64,000 nucleotides of DNA from Candidatus Brocadiia bacterium (lineage in GTDB: Bacteria > Planctomycetota > Brocadiia > CAIUPP01). A program made the position numbers and the translations under genes. This document shows positions 1 through 9,287 of the stretch, piece after piece. The notes beneath the pieces are model-generated. The model was not told the DNA's origin. It worked only from the letters and a program-made list of their open reading frames with translations, and did no database searches. Within the stretch, counting starts at the first letter, position 1. Each line of letters starts with the position of its first letter. Where the stretch lies: contig JBEKCB010000002.1 of the NCBI GenBank assembly GCA_050015075.1, forward strand, positions 128,001-192,000. The letters are read 5' to 3'.

Positions 1-1105
<1,105 letters not shown>

Positions 1106-1118
1106 TGTGCATGCCCAC

Positions 1119-1173
1119 AAATACAAGTGAATCTTATTTAGGACAATGTAGCCGCTCGGGTGGGCCGTGTCAA
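1119..1173 (-). promoter_or_regulatory. Sigma70 promoter with downstream AT-rich operator for fur-katG
   Basis: On the minus strand TTGACA(1173-1168)-17 bp-TACATT(1150-1145). It is followed by the imperfect AT-rich palindrome AAATACAAGTGAATCTTATTT (1119-1139), which is a plausible Fur/Per box. Confidence 0.7.
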
Positions 1174-1337
1174 GATGTTGCGCCGAAAGAAACGGCATCT
1201 GCGCCCGCCTGGGCAGAAGCGGCGTGAGGCTTTTGTGCAAAACGATTTGCCCGCGCGCGGCCCTTGCGCTTTTATGAGGCAGGCCTCGCGACAGCCGTCC
1301 AGCGATCTTGTCTCGTGGCTTCTTATAGAACACATGC

Positions 1338-1523
1338 TGTCCAGATGTGCGACACATGGGCAGAGGCGATGCCTCCGCCGAGGTTGCGATTGTGCGATTT
1401 TGGAAACAGCGATAGTACGCCAAGCCCCGCAACCTCAATCAAACTCAAGAGTTCCGCCCGCCACGCACCCGCGCTGACGGCCGAGTCGGCCCTTCTCTTC
1501 CGGGCAATGGCACGTGGGTTGCT
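1338..1523 (+). promoter_or_regulatory. Sigma54 (-24/-12) promoter with candidate upstream activator sites
   Basis: TGGCACG-TGGG-TTGCT at 1508-1523 is a perfect TGGCACG-N4-TTGCW match. TGTC-N9-GACA (1338-1354) and TGT-N12-ACA (1391-1408) lie upstream. Confidence 0.7.
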
Positions 1524-1584
1524 TTCGTTCATGCCGGAGCGATAGGCAATCGGTGCGATCCTGCGTATGCCAAGTGAGAAAGCC

Positions 1585-2028
1585 ATGAAACGGTACGGAA
1601 TCGCAGTGGCCCTGGCGGCCTGTCTTGTGTCGAGTTGGACCTGCGGCGCGTCGGAACCCAGTCAGCCGCCCGCGCCGTTGTGTCCTCCAACTGCGAGTGA
1701 GGTTATAAGCGGCACGCCTGCATCGGAAACGGCGCCGTTCGATCCGGCTTTCAGTGCTTCCCAGGACCGCGCCATCTGCCGCGAGTTGAACGCGATATCG
1801 GCCGCGACTCATCCATTTGAGAATCGCTTGTCGCCGCCGGAAAACTACAGTATCCCGGTGGACAGGGGCGCATCGCCGGCTATCGGCGTGCCGATAGGCC
1901 TCGGCAAGAATTGGACAGTGCGGCCGTGGATCAACTTTGCGTTGTCCACAGATGGCAGTCAGAACGGCGACACGGTCAAGTCGCTGGGTAAGGCAATGTA
2001 CGGAATGTCCCTGAGCTGGTCCTTCTGA
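1585..2028 (+). CDS. Hypothetical secreted protein with C-terminal beta-strand signature
   Basis: Signal-like N-terminus MKRYGIAVALAACLVSS and C-terminus YGMSLSWSF. Lies downstream of the sigma54 promoter. Confidence 0.6.
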   Translation: MKRYGIAVALAACLVSSWTCGASEPSQPPAPLCPPTASEVISGTPASETAPFDPAFSASQDRAICRELNAISAATHPFENRLSPPENYSIPVDRGASPAIGVPIGLGKNWTVRPWINFALSTDGSQNGDTVKSLGKAMYGMSLSWSF

Positions 2029-2058
2029 CCGGGGCTCGCGTTCTCTAATCCCCAAGTA

Positions 2059-2194
2059 TAGCAGCCCGTCCAAAAAGTGTGGCCGCTCGTAGTGTGCCCG
2101 TCAGGGCATACCAAGTAGCGCCTGACGGCGCCACTACAAGCGAGCCACTAGCCAAGGCGTGGCGTGTGCGCCACACTTTTTCTACAGACTGATA
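2059..2194. mobile_element. MITE-like shell with 25-bp imperfect terminal inverted repeats, enclosing REP doublet copy 1
   Basis: TAGCAGCCCGTCCAAAAAGTGTGGC (2059-2083) matches the reverse complement of 2170-2194 (TATCAGTCTGTAGAAAAAGTGTGGC) at 20/25 positions. Confidence 0.5.
2084..2142 (-). repeat. GTAG-type REP doublet (REPIN-like), copy 1
   Basis: The reverse complement reads CGCTTGTAGTGGCGCCGTCAGGCGCTACTTGGTATGCCCTGACGGGCACACTACGAGCG, near-identical to four other copies. Confidence 0.92.
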
Positions 2195-2238
2195 GAGGAT
2201 GCGAACTTTGAAATGAGGATGCTTCCGGCCTCAGATAA

Positions 2239-3498
2239 TCATGCCCTTTTTCCCAGGATCGCTCCGGCTTCGAAATAGGCCGCCTGGGGGAACATGTCGA
2301 ACAGGGCCAGGCGGCGGAGGTCGTAGGTCCGGCCGACTTGCAGGCGGGCGAGGTCGCGGGCCAGCGTGGCGGGGTTGCACGAGAGCAGGATGATCGTCTG
2401 CGGGGCCAGGCGCACTAGGGCATCGAGCGTCTCCGCCTGGCAGCCCGTCCTCGGCGGGTCGAGAAGGACCGCTGCCCTGTTCAGGTCCGGCGCCGATTTC
2501 AGCGCGGGTTCCAGGTAGTCCTCCACGGCGCCTCCGACGAACTTGCACCTTTGAAGCCCGCCTTCGCCCATTCGGCTTCGCTCAGGGCTTCGGCGGGCAA
2601 GCGCGCCTTCGCGCGCGTTCTCTTCGGCGCAGCGGACTGAGGCGGGATCGCTCTCGATCCCGATCACCTCTCCGGCGGTGAATTCCGCCAGGCACAGCGC
2701 GAAGACGCCGCAGCCGCAGTAACCATCCACGAGCGTTTCCACGGCCAGGCCGCGATAGGCATCGCGCAGCCAGCCCGCGAGACGGTCCAGCACCGGCGCG
2801 TTGACCTGGAAGAATCCGCCGGCCGGAACGCGCAGCGGCCGGTCGAGCACTTTTTCGGTGAGGAGCGTCTCCGGCGGAATGCGGAAGGCCAGCACCTCGC
2901 CCGACGACGAACGCCGCAGGACGAGTTTGTCGGTTTCCGGCCCGCGCGAGGGCCATCGCGCCGCCTCGCCGGAGGCGCGCAGCGCGGCGAGTTTCGCGTT
3001 CAGCTCCGGCCGCGCGATCGGGCAACTCTCGATCGGCAGAATGGAGCGGTTATCCCGCCGCGTGTATCCCCAGGCCGATCCCGGCGCGCCGGACGGGACG
3101 GGCTTCAGGGAGATCTTGTTGCGATAGCCGTAGGCCTCCGGCGCGGGCCGCGCCTCGTCCAGGGGCGGCAACTGGAGGATGCCGCCGATGCGCTCGAGCA
3201 GGCCGCGGAGTTGCGCGGACTTGAGGCGGACCTGCTCGTCGGCGGCCAGGTGCTGATAGCAGCATCCGCCGCAGTCGCCATAGTACGGACAGCGCGGCTC
3301 GGCGCGGTTCGGGCCGGGTTCGAGCACCTCGGCGATGGTCCCGCGCGCGAAACGGCGATGCCGCGTCGCCAACCGCACGAGCAGCCGGTCGCCGACCGCC
3401 GAGAAGGGCACGAAGACGGCGCGCCCGTCGGCCAGCCGGCCGACGCCGTCGCCGCCGTATGCCACGTCGTGAATCTCGACTTCCACCGGATGGTCCAT
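2239..3498 (-). CDS. RlmD/TrmA-family RNA (uracil-C5)-methyltransferase with TRAM domain
   Basis: N-terminal TRAM domain (YGGDGVGR...VFVP), CPYYGDCGGC Fe-S motif, FFQVN, DGYCGCG, LDPPRTG, SCNPATLARD and DMFPQ. Confidence 0.92.
   Translation of the reverse strand: MDHPVEVEIHDVAYGGDGVGRLADGRAVFVPFSAVGDRLLVRLATRHRRFARGTIAEVLEPGPNRAEPRCPYYGDCGGCCYQHLAADEQVRLKSAQLRGLLERIGGILQLPPLDEARPAPEAYGYRNKISLKPVPSGAPGSAWGYTRRDNRSILPIESCPIARPELNAKLAALRASGEAARWPSRGPETDKLVLRRSSSGEVLAFRIPPETLLTEKVLDRPLRVPAGGFFQVNAPVLDRLAGWLRDAYRGLAVETLVDGYCGCGVFALCLAEFTAGEVIGIESDPASVRCAEENAREGALARRSPERSRMGEGGLQRCKFVGGAVEDYLEPALKSAPDLNRAAVLLDPPRTGCQAETLDALVRLAPQTIILLSCNPATLARDLARLQVGRTYDLRRLALFDMFPQAAYFEAGAILGKRA
2554..2612. repeat. 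In-frame 45-nt palindromic insertion inside the methyltransferase gene
   Basis: Stem GCCCGCC...GGCGGGC. Bounded by a 14-bp direct repeat (13/14; 2554-2567 and 2599-2612). Encodes ALARRSPERSRMGEG. Confidence 0.75.
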
Positions 3499-3644
3499 GC
3501 CGCTATCCTATCGCGGCCGGGCGGCGCTGTCACGCGCTCCCGGCATTTTCATGCGCGGAGCGGTTGACTTTTGCGCAGGACGTGATACTCTTATCTCAGC
3601 GAACCGGCGCGCGGCCAGGGCGCTCCGGAAAGAGGAAGTTTGCC

Positions 3645-4529
3645 GTGTTGTTCATTCCATACCGCGTGGATGTTCCGATCCGCCGATTGCCCATCGCGAA
3701 TTTCGTACTCCTTGCGCTCCTGCTCGGATGCTACCTGGTCGAACGTGGCCAAATTCGGGACAACATTGACAGCCTCGTGCCGTTCGTGCTGGCGAAGGGG
3801 AACCCGCTCGGCCTGATCGGCTACATCTTTATCCACGGCGGCGTCCTGCACTTGGCCGGGAACATGCTGTTCCTGTGGGTTTTCGGCAACGCGGTGTGCG
3901 TGAAAGTGGGGAACTGGGCGTACGCGTTCATCTTTCTGGCGCTCGGCGCGGTGGCGGGGATCGCGCATCTTTCGCTGAACGGCGGCCCGGCGATCGGCGC
4001 GAGCGGGGCGATCAACGGCATCGTGGGCATGTTCCTGGTGTGGTTCCCGACGAACCACATCAGCCTCTTCTACGTCTGGTTCATCCGCATGGGCACCTTC
4101 CGGATCCGGAGCTACTGGCTGATTCTGCTCTGGCTGGTGTTCGACGTTCTCGGCGCGCTTCTCGGGTGGAGCGGCGTGGCCTACTGGGCGCACGTGGGCG
4201 GATTCGCGGCGGGGTTCGGGCTGGCGGTTCTCCTGATCGAGCTGGGCTGGATCCGGATGGCGTCGGACGAAACATCGCTGCTGCAAGCGCTCGGGCCGCG
4301 CAGGGACCCCGATGACGAACTCGGGCCGGTGACGCCGAGGCTGGCGCCGGCGGCGGTTGCGCCTCCGACCGGGTCCTGGGCGCTGTCGCTGGCGCCGCCG
4401 GCGGAATACTTCGTGTCGTTCCCCTGCGCGTGCGGCGTGGAGCTTCGCGCGCCGCGCAAGCGCGCGGGGCAGGCTTTCACTTGCTCCAGGTGCTCGGCGC
4501 AGATGAAGGTTCCGCGGGAGGAAGATTAG
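3645..4529 (+). CDS. Rhomboid-family intramembrane serine protease with C-terminal zinc ribbon
   Basis: HGGVLHLAGNMLFLWVFGNAV, catalytic GASGAI, AYWAHVGGF and C-terminal CACG...CSRC. GTG start after the AGAGG RBS. Confidence 0.9.
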   Translation: MLFIPYRVDVPIRRLPIANFVLLALLLGCYLVERGQIRDNIDSLVPFVLAKGNPLGLIGYIFIHGGVLHLAGNMLFLWVFGNAVCVKVGNWAYAFIFLALGAVAGIAHLSLNGGPAIGASGAINGIVGMFLVWFPTNHISLFYVWFIRMGTFRIRSYWLILLWLVFDVLGALLGWSGVAYWAHVGGFAAGFGLAVLLIELGWIRMASDETSLLQALGPRRDPDDELGPVTPRLAPAAVAPPTGSWALSLAPPAEYFVSFPCACGVELRAPRKRAGQAFTCSRCSAQMKVPREED

Positions 4530-4622
4530 GTGATTGGGTGATTGGGACATTAGGTGATTAGGAGATTGGGAAAAGCGCGACGCCCAATGTCCTAATCTCC
4601 CAATTTCCCAATCTCCCAATCA
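4524..4622. repeat. Inverted repeat made of 8-bp tandem units, between convergent genes
   Basis: Six units GATT(A/G)GG(T/A) at 4524-4571, an 11-bp spacer, then five complementary TCC(C/T)AATC-type units at 4583-4621. Confidence 0.9.
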
Positions 4623-6506
4623 CTTGCTTTCCGGCAGATCGAAGGGCGACACCCAGTCGCCGAGGCGCTCCTGCGTCTCCAGCAGGCGGCGGCGCTGCTC
4701 ATGGAGGATATCCATCAGCGCCGGCGGCGTCTCGAGCACCTCGGTGTGGTAGAACTTCTCGACGCGTTCGAGCTTCGACAGGTTCTCCTTCACGCGCAGG
4801 CTGAACTGGCGGACGTAGTCCTCCTTCGCGTACTCCTTGCCGAGGACCTGGCGGAAGAGGCGCTGGAGGTCGGCGAACTGCGGGATCAGCCCGGTGGCGG
4901 TGCGGACCGCGCCGGCCTCGCCATGCACGCGCAGCTCCATCCACTTGACCCAGACGGCCTTGTCGCGGACGGCGTTGACGAACTTGCCGGCCTGGTCGCG
5001 CAGGAAGTAGTTCACGCCGAAGACCAGCGGCGGCTTCTTCAGGCGGCGGCCGAATTCCAGGTTGTTCGCGATGTATTTGCCCAGCGGGATGGCGACGAAG
5101 TCCTGGATGCTCATGATATTGATTTCCGGAACGCCTTCCTTGCCGACGGTGGCGAAGGTGGTCTCGGTCTCGAGCCAGGCGCCGTAGGCGCAGATGCCGT
5201 GCGCCCAGTCGAAGCCCTGCTGCACCGGCATGTAGGCGCGCGCGTCGCGGCCGCCGTACATGATGGCATGGACGACCACGCCGGAGGGATTGTCGAGCTG
5301 CGGGTCGGCATTCTCCAGGGCGTGGAGCGAGATGGCGTAGCGCGCGTTCTTGTGGGCCGGCGGGATCGGGCTGCCCTGGGCGTCGGTCTTGCCGGCGTGC
5401 CAGGCGCCGGTGAAATTCTCGCCCGCCTTGGGCAGCTCGCAGCCCATGCCGAGCCAGTACGGCCGGCCGTCGGCGACGAGGACGTTGGAGAAGACGACTT
5501 CGCCCGGGTTGGTCAGCGCGCGATAGATCGCCGGATCGTCCACCGGGTTCACATTCTGAACGATGCCGAAGATGCCGCGCTCGGCGTTGACGGCGCGCGC
5601 CTCGGCGTTGATGTTGCGCAGGTACGCGATGTCGTCGCCGAGGATCGTCTCGCCCTGGAGCATGGCGGTGGAAGTTTTCCCGCAGGCGCTCGGGAAGGCG
5701 CCGCTGATGTACGTCTTGCGCCCGTTCGGGCCGTGGACGCCCATCAGGAACATGTGCTCGGCCAGCCAGCCTTCGCGGTCGGCCTTGCGGATGGTCAGGC
5801 GCAGCGCCAGCTTCTTCAGGCCGATCGAGTTGCCGGCGTACTGCGTGTTGACGGTGTAGATCATATCGGTCGTGTAATCAATGTAAATCCGCTTGTGGTC
5901 CGCGTCCACGCTGACTTTCCGCTCGTCCATCGGCCCGGAGGAGTGCAGGATGCAGAAGAACTCGCCCTCGCCGTGCGTCCGCAGGAACTGATCGTAGGCG
6001 GGCCGGTAGAGCAGGTCCTCGCTGTGCGCCACGTAGAAGGAGTCGGTGAACTGCGCGCACGGTATGCTGAAGACCGACCCGGTCGGCCCCAGCGACAGCA
6101 GGCGGACGATCATCGTCCGCCCCTTCATGCTGCCCTTGAGGAGCCCGCGGATTTCGGCGAGGCCTTCCTCGCGGCCGATCTGCTTGAGCGCCTTGCCGAG
6201 GAAGCCGGACTTCGGGACGAGGTACTTGGTCACTTCGCGGTCGCGGCCCTGGTCGCTGGGGCCGTCGAAGTGGACGGTGTGGCCGGGGATTTTCAGCGGC
6301 TTCTCTTCGCCGATGGCGAGGGCCTGTTCGCGGATGAAGCGGACCTCCTCCTCGGAATCGGCGCAGACGAAGACCGACTCCGGCTCGCAGAGCGTGATGG
6401 CGTCGGCGAGCAACTCGTTCAGCTTCGAGTTCTGCAGGCGCACCAGCTTGCCGTAGTTGTCGTCGCGCAGCTTGCTCTGGAGAATCGAGCGTACCGTCCG
6501 TTTCAT
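4620..6506 (-). CDS. pckG: Phosphoenolpyruvate carboxykinase (GTP)
   Basis: YAGNSIGLKKLALR, EGWLAEHMFLMGV, GAFPSACGKTSTAM, ILGDDIAY and HKNARY. Confidence 0.95.
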   Translation of the reverse strand: MKRTVRSILQSKLRDDNYGKLVRLQNSKLNELLADAITLCEPESVFVCADSEEEVRFIREQALAIGEEKPLKIPGHTVHFDGPSDQGRDREVTKYLVPKSGFLGKALKQIGREEGLAEIRGLLKGSMKGRTMIVRLLSLGPTGSVFSIPCAQFTDSFYVAHSEDLLYRPAYDQFLRTHGEGEFFCILHSSGPMDERKVSVDADHKRIYIDYTTDMIYTVNTQYAGNSIGLKKLALRLTIRKADREGWLAEHMFLMGVHGPNGRKTYISGAFPSACGKTSTAMLQGETILGDDIAYLRNINAEARAVNAERGIFGIVQNVNPVDDPAIYRALTNPGEVVFSNVLVADGRPYWLGMGCELPKAGENFTGAWHAGKTDAQGSPIPPAHKNARYAISLHALENADPQLDNPSGVVVHAIMYGGRDARAYMPVQQGFDWAHGICAYGAWLETETTFATVGKEGVPEINIMSIQDFVAIPLGKYIANNLEFGRRLKKPPLVFGVNYFLRDQAGKFVNAVRDKAVWVKWMELRVHGEAGAVRTATGLIPQFADLQRLFRQVLGKEYAKEDYVRQFSLRVKENLSKLERVEKFYHTEVLETPPALMDILHEQRRRLLETQERLGDWVSPFDLPESK

Positions 6507-6751
6507 CGTCCTCGCCTTTCGTCGCGCGCTGTCCGCGCCGGCGGTGCGGAAAAAGTGTAGAGTTTCCCCGCCCGTTGCCGTTGCAATGTGCTGGAAATTA
6601 CGGAAGCCGGTTTGAACGCAGGAGTTTACGTTTTTCCGGGCGGCATGTCAATATCTTTCGCGCCGAAATCCGCTGCTTGCCCTGCGCGCGCAAATCCCTT
6701 ATCATGGTCCGCCGGCGGCCGAACCAGCGTTCTTCAGCCGGGAGCGACGAA

Positions 6752-8056
6752 ATGGCTTATCCGAAAATGCCGGATTTCCATCGGTGGGCCGACGCCATCG
6801 CGCGCTATGCGGAACTCCAGCACGAACACGGCGCCCGCGGTGTTGCGCCGGTCCTCGCCGAGGCGGAAGCGGGACTGAAGGCGTCGCTCGCAAAACTCAA
6901 GCGACTCCGGCCGGACCCGGCGCTCGCGCGGCGCGAGCCGAACGACCTGCAGCTCATCCGCCGCCTCCGCCCGTCCGGCCCGCGCAGGCTGCGGTGCCGG
7001 CTCGACCGGGAAACCTATCGCGAGAAACTCCAGGGCGCGCTGCTGGCTCGCATGGCCGGCTGCACGCTCGGCGCGCCGGTCGAGGGCTGGCCCGTCGCGA
7101 AGATGGAGGACCTGGCCAGGGAAAACGGCGAGCCGTTCCCGCCGGTGGATTACTGGACGCGCGTCCCGGCGCCCTTCGAGAAGCGATACGCGATGAGCCC
7201 GCGCGAGGCGTACACGCGCCGAAAGATGAACGGCGTTCCGGTGGATGACGATATCGCGTACACGCTGCTCGGGCTGCTGATCGTCGAGGATTTCGGGCCG
7301 GACTTCACCATCGCCGACGTCGGCCGGGCGTGGCTGAAGTACCTGCCGTACGCCTGCACCGCGGAGGAAGCGGCGCTGGCGAATCTCCGGAACGGAATCG
7401 CGGCCGAGCGCGCAGCGGAGAAGCAGAACCCGTTCTGCGAATGGATCGGCGCCGACATCCGCGCCGATCCCTGGGGCTACCTGGCGCCGGGCTGGCCGGA
7501 GAAAGCCGCCGAGATGGCCTGGCGCGACGCGTACCTCAGCCATCGCCGAAACGGCATCTACGGCGAGATGTTCTTCGCCGCCGCGATTTCGGCGGCCTTC
7601 AGCGCGGACCATCCGGTCGAGGCGCTGGAGATCGGCCTGACGGAGATCCCGCGCCGCTGCGCCCTCGCGCGCGAGGTCCGCTGGGCGCTGAAGAAGGCGC
7701 CTGTCATCCGCGATTACCGCCAGGCGCGCGAGGCGGTGGACCGGCGGTACAAGGGAATGCATCCCGTGCACACCATCAACAACGCCGTGCTGACGATCTG
7801 GGGCCTTTCCATCGGCGGCGCCGACGTGACGCGGGTGATCGGGGAGACCGTCGCGATGGGGTATGACAACGACTGCACCGCCGCGACCGCCGGCAGCATC
7901 GTCGGCGCGGTCGCCGGCCGCAAAGGCGTGCCGGGCCATTGGCATCGAAATTACCGCAACACCGTTCTTTCGTACCTCAACGGCAAGCCGAAGTTCCGAA
8001 TCAGCGACCTGGTGGCCCGGTTCACGCGGCAGGCCGAACGCGTCGCGGCAAGCTGA
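6752..8056 (+). CDS. ADP-ribosylglycohydrolase-family protein
   Basis: AGCTLGAPVEG, VDDDIAYT, EWIGADIRAD and GYDNDCTAATAGS. ATG at 6752 after GGAG. Confidence 0.88.
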   Translation: MAYPKMPDFHRWADAIARYAELQHEHGARGVAPVLAEAEAGLKASLAKLKRLRPDPALARREPNDLQLIRRLRPSGPRRLRCRLDRETYREKLQGALLARMAGCTLGAPVEGWPVAKMEDLARENGEPFPPVDYWTRVPAPFEKRYAMSPREAYTRRKMNGVPVDDDIAYTLLGLLIVEDFGPDFTIADVGRAWLKYLPYACTAEEAALANLRNGIAAERAAEKQNPFCEWIGADIRADPWGYLAPGWPEKAAEMAWRDAYLSHRRNGIYGEMFFAAAISAAFSADHPVEALEIGLTEIPRRCALAREVRWALKKAPVIRDYRQAREAVDRRYKGMHPVHTINNAVLTIWGLSIGGADVTRVIGETVAMGYDNDCTAATAGSIVGAVAGRKGVPGHWHRNYRNTVLSYLNGKPKFRISDLVARFTRQAERVAAS

Positions 8057-8071
8057 CAGGAAGGCAAGGGA

Positions 8072-8482
8072 GTGGCAAGGTTCAAACCGCTGTTCGTCGC
8101 CGCCGGCGTCCTGCTGCTCATCGCGGTCGGCCTCGGCGCCTATGACGTGGTGGGAGAATCCATCATCGAGGCGCGGGCGGAGGTCACCCGCACGAACCTG
8201 AGTTCGATCGGGCGAAAAATCGCCGAGTTCCGCGCGACCCAGGGCCGTTTTCCGCGGGGCGCCGAAGAGCTGGCACTGCAGCCGGATATGCTCGTGGACA
8301 CTCTGTCAGGCCGGAATTTCGTCTGGGCGCAGGCGCCGCCGGACGGAACGCGGCGCGTGCCCGTGGTCTGGCAGCCGGCGCCTTACCGCACCGGTCCCTG
8401 GCCCTTCGGCGAGATGGCGCAGATCACGCTGTTCAGCGACAACGTGATCGGCGACCGCCAGCCTGAGAACGCGGCGCGATAG
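8072..8482 (+). CDS. Small N-terminally anchored protein, weakly pseudopilin-like
   Basis: Hydrophobic N-terminus, then ARAEVTRTNLSSIGRKIAEFRATQGRFP, which resembles a pilin helix. In-operon position. Confidence 0.55.
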   Translation: MARFKPLFVAAGVLLLIAVGLGAYDVVGESIIEARAEVTRTNLSSIGRKIAEFRATQGRFPRGAEELALQPDMLVDTLSGRNFVWAQAPPDGTRRVPVVWQPAPYRTGPWPFGEMAQITLFSDNVIGDRQPENAAR

Positions 8483-8537
8483 CGTGGAAGCGAATATCCA
8501 TCGCGGTGGGAACGGCTGAACTTGCAAGGCGGGCGAG

Positions 8538-9287
8538 ATGAACTGCATCGTGGTGATGCCGACGTACAACGAGCGGCCGAATATCGAGGCGATCGTCCCC
8601 GCGGTGCTCGCGAACGGACCGGACTGGCGCGTGCTGATCGTGGATGACGGCTCGCCGGACGGCACGGGCGAAGCGGCGGACGCGCTGGCGGCTGATGACC
8701 CGCGCGTGAACGTGCTGCACCGCGCCGGCAAGCTCGGGCTGGGCACGGCGTATCGCGACGGGCTCAGCCGAGCCCTGGCGCTGGGGTGCGACTACGCCTG
8801 CACCATGGACAGCGATTTCTCGCACGACCCGAAGGCGCTGCCGAAACTGCGCGAACTCGCCCAGGCGCGCGGCGCGGCGCACGGCTCGCGCTATGTCCCC
8901 GGCGGCGCCACCGTCGGCTGGAGCTTCGGCCGCAGGGTCAACAGCGCCTGCGCGAATTTCCTCACGCGGCTCTTCCTGGGCGTCAAGCTGCGCGACTGCA
9001 CCAGCGGGTTCCGATGCTATCGCCGAGACGTCCTCGAAAAGTTGCAGCCGGCCACGCTGACGGCGCGGGGATACGCCGTGCTCGAGGAACTGCTCCTGCG
9101 CTGCCGCATCCTGGGCGTGACGCCCGCGGAGCACCCGATCATTTTCTCGGAGCGCCGGGCGGGCCGGTCGAAGATCAACATCGGCGAATCGTTCAGCGCG
9201 CTGCGGATGCTCATGAAGCTCCGCCTGCAGGGCTGGCGGCCGGCGGAGGCGGCAACCGGCGGTTCAAACCCCGGCAAAGCTCCTTGA
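8538..9287 (+). CDS. Polyprenol-phosphate mannose synthase-like GT2 glycosyltransferase
   Basis: VVMPTYNE, VDDGSPDGT, KLGLGTAY, MDSDFSHDP and DCTSGFRCY. Confidence 0.92.
   Translation: MNCIVVMPTYNERPNIEAIVPAVLANGPDWRVLIVDDGSPDGTGEAADALAADDPRVNVLHRAGKLGLGTAYRDGLSRALALGCDYACTMDSDFSHDPKALPKLRELAQARGAAHGSRYVPGGATVGWSFGRRVNSACANFLTRLFLGVKLRDCTSGFRCYRRDVLEKLQPATLTARGYAVLEELLLRCRILGVTPAEHPIIFSERRAGRSKINIGESFSALRMLMKLRLQGWRPAEAATGGSNPGKAP

Noticed and set aside
1106-1438. N-terminal extension of the Fur ORF in the track (264 aa)
   Set aside because: The extension spans the promoter and operator, and Fur homology begins only near 1105.
4701-6560. Long antisense ORFs (for example 4701-6560, 12540-14534, 42448-44226, 54134-56266)
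   Set aside because: They are shadow frames of well-supported genes in high-GC DNA and have no recognisable motifs.
9211-9287. 77-nt convergent overlap of the GT2 and radical SAM genes as a regulatory system
   Set aside because: Both tails are low-complexity read-through typical of GC-rich genomes, with no other support.
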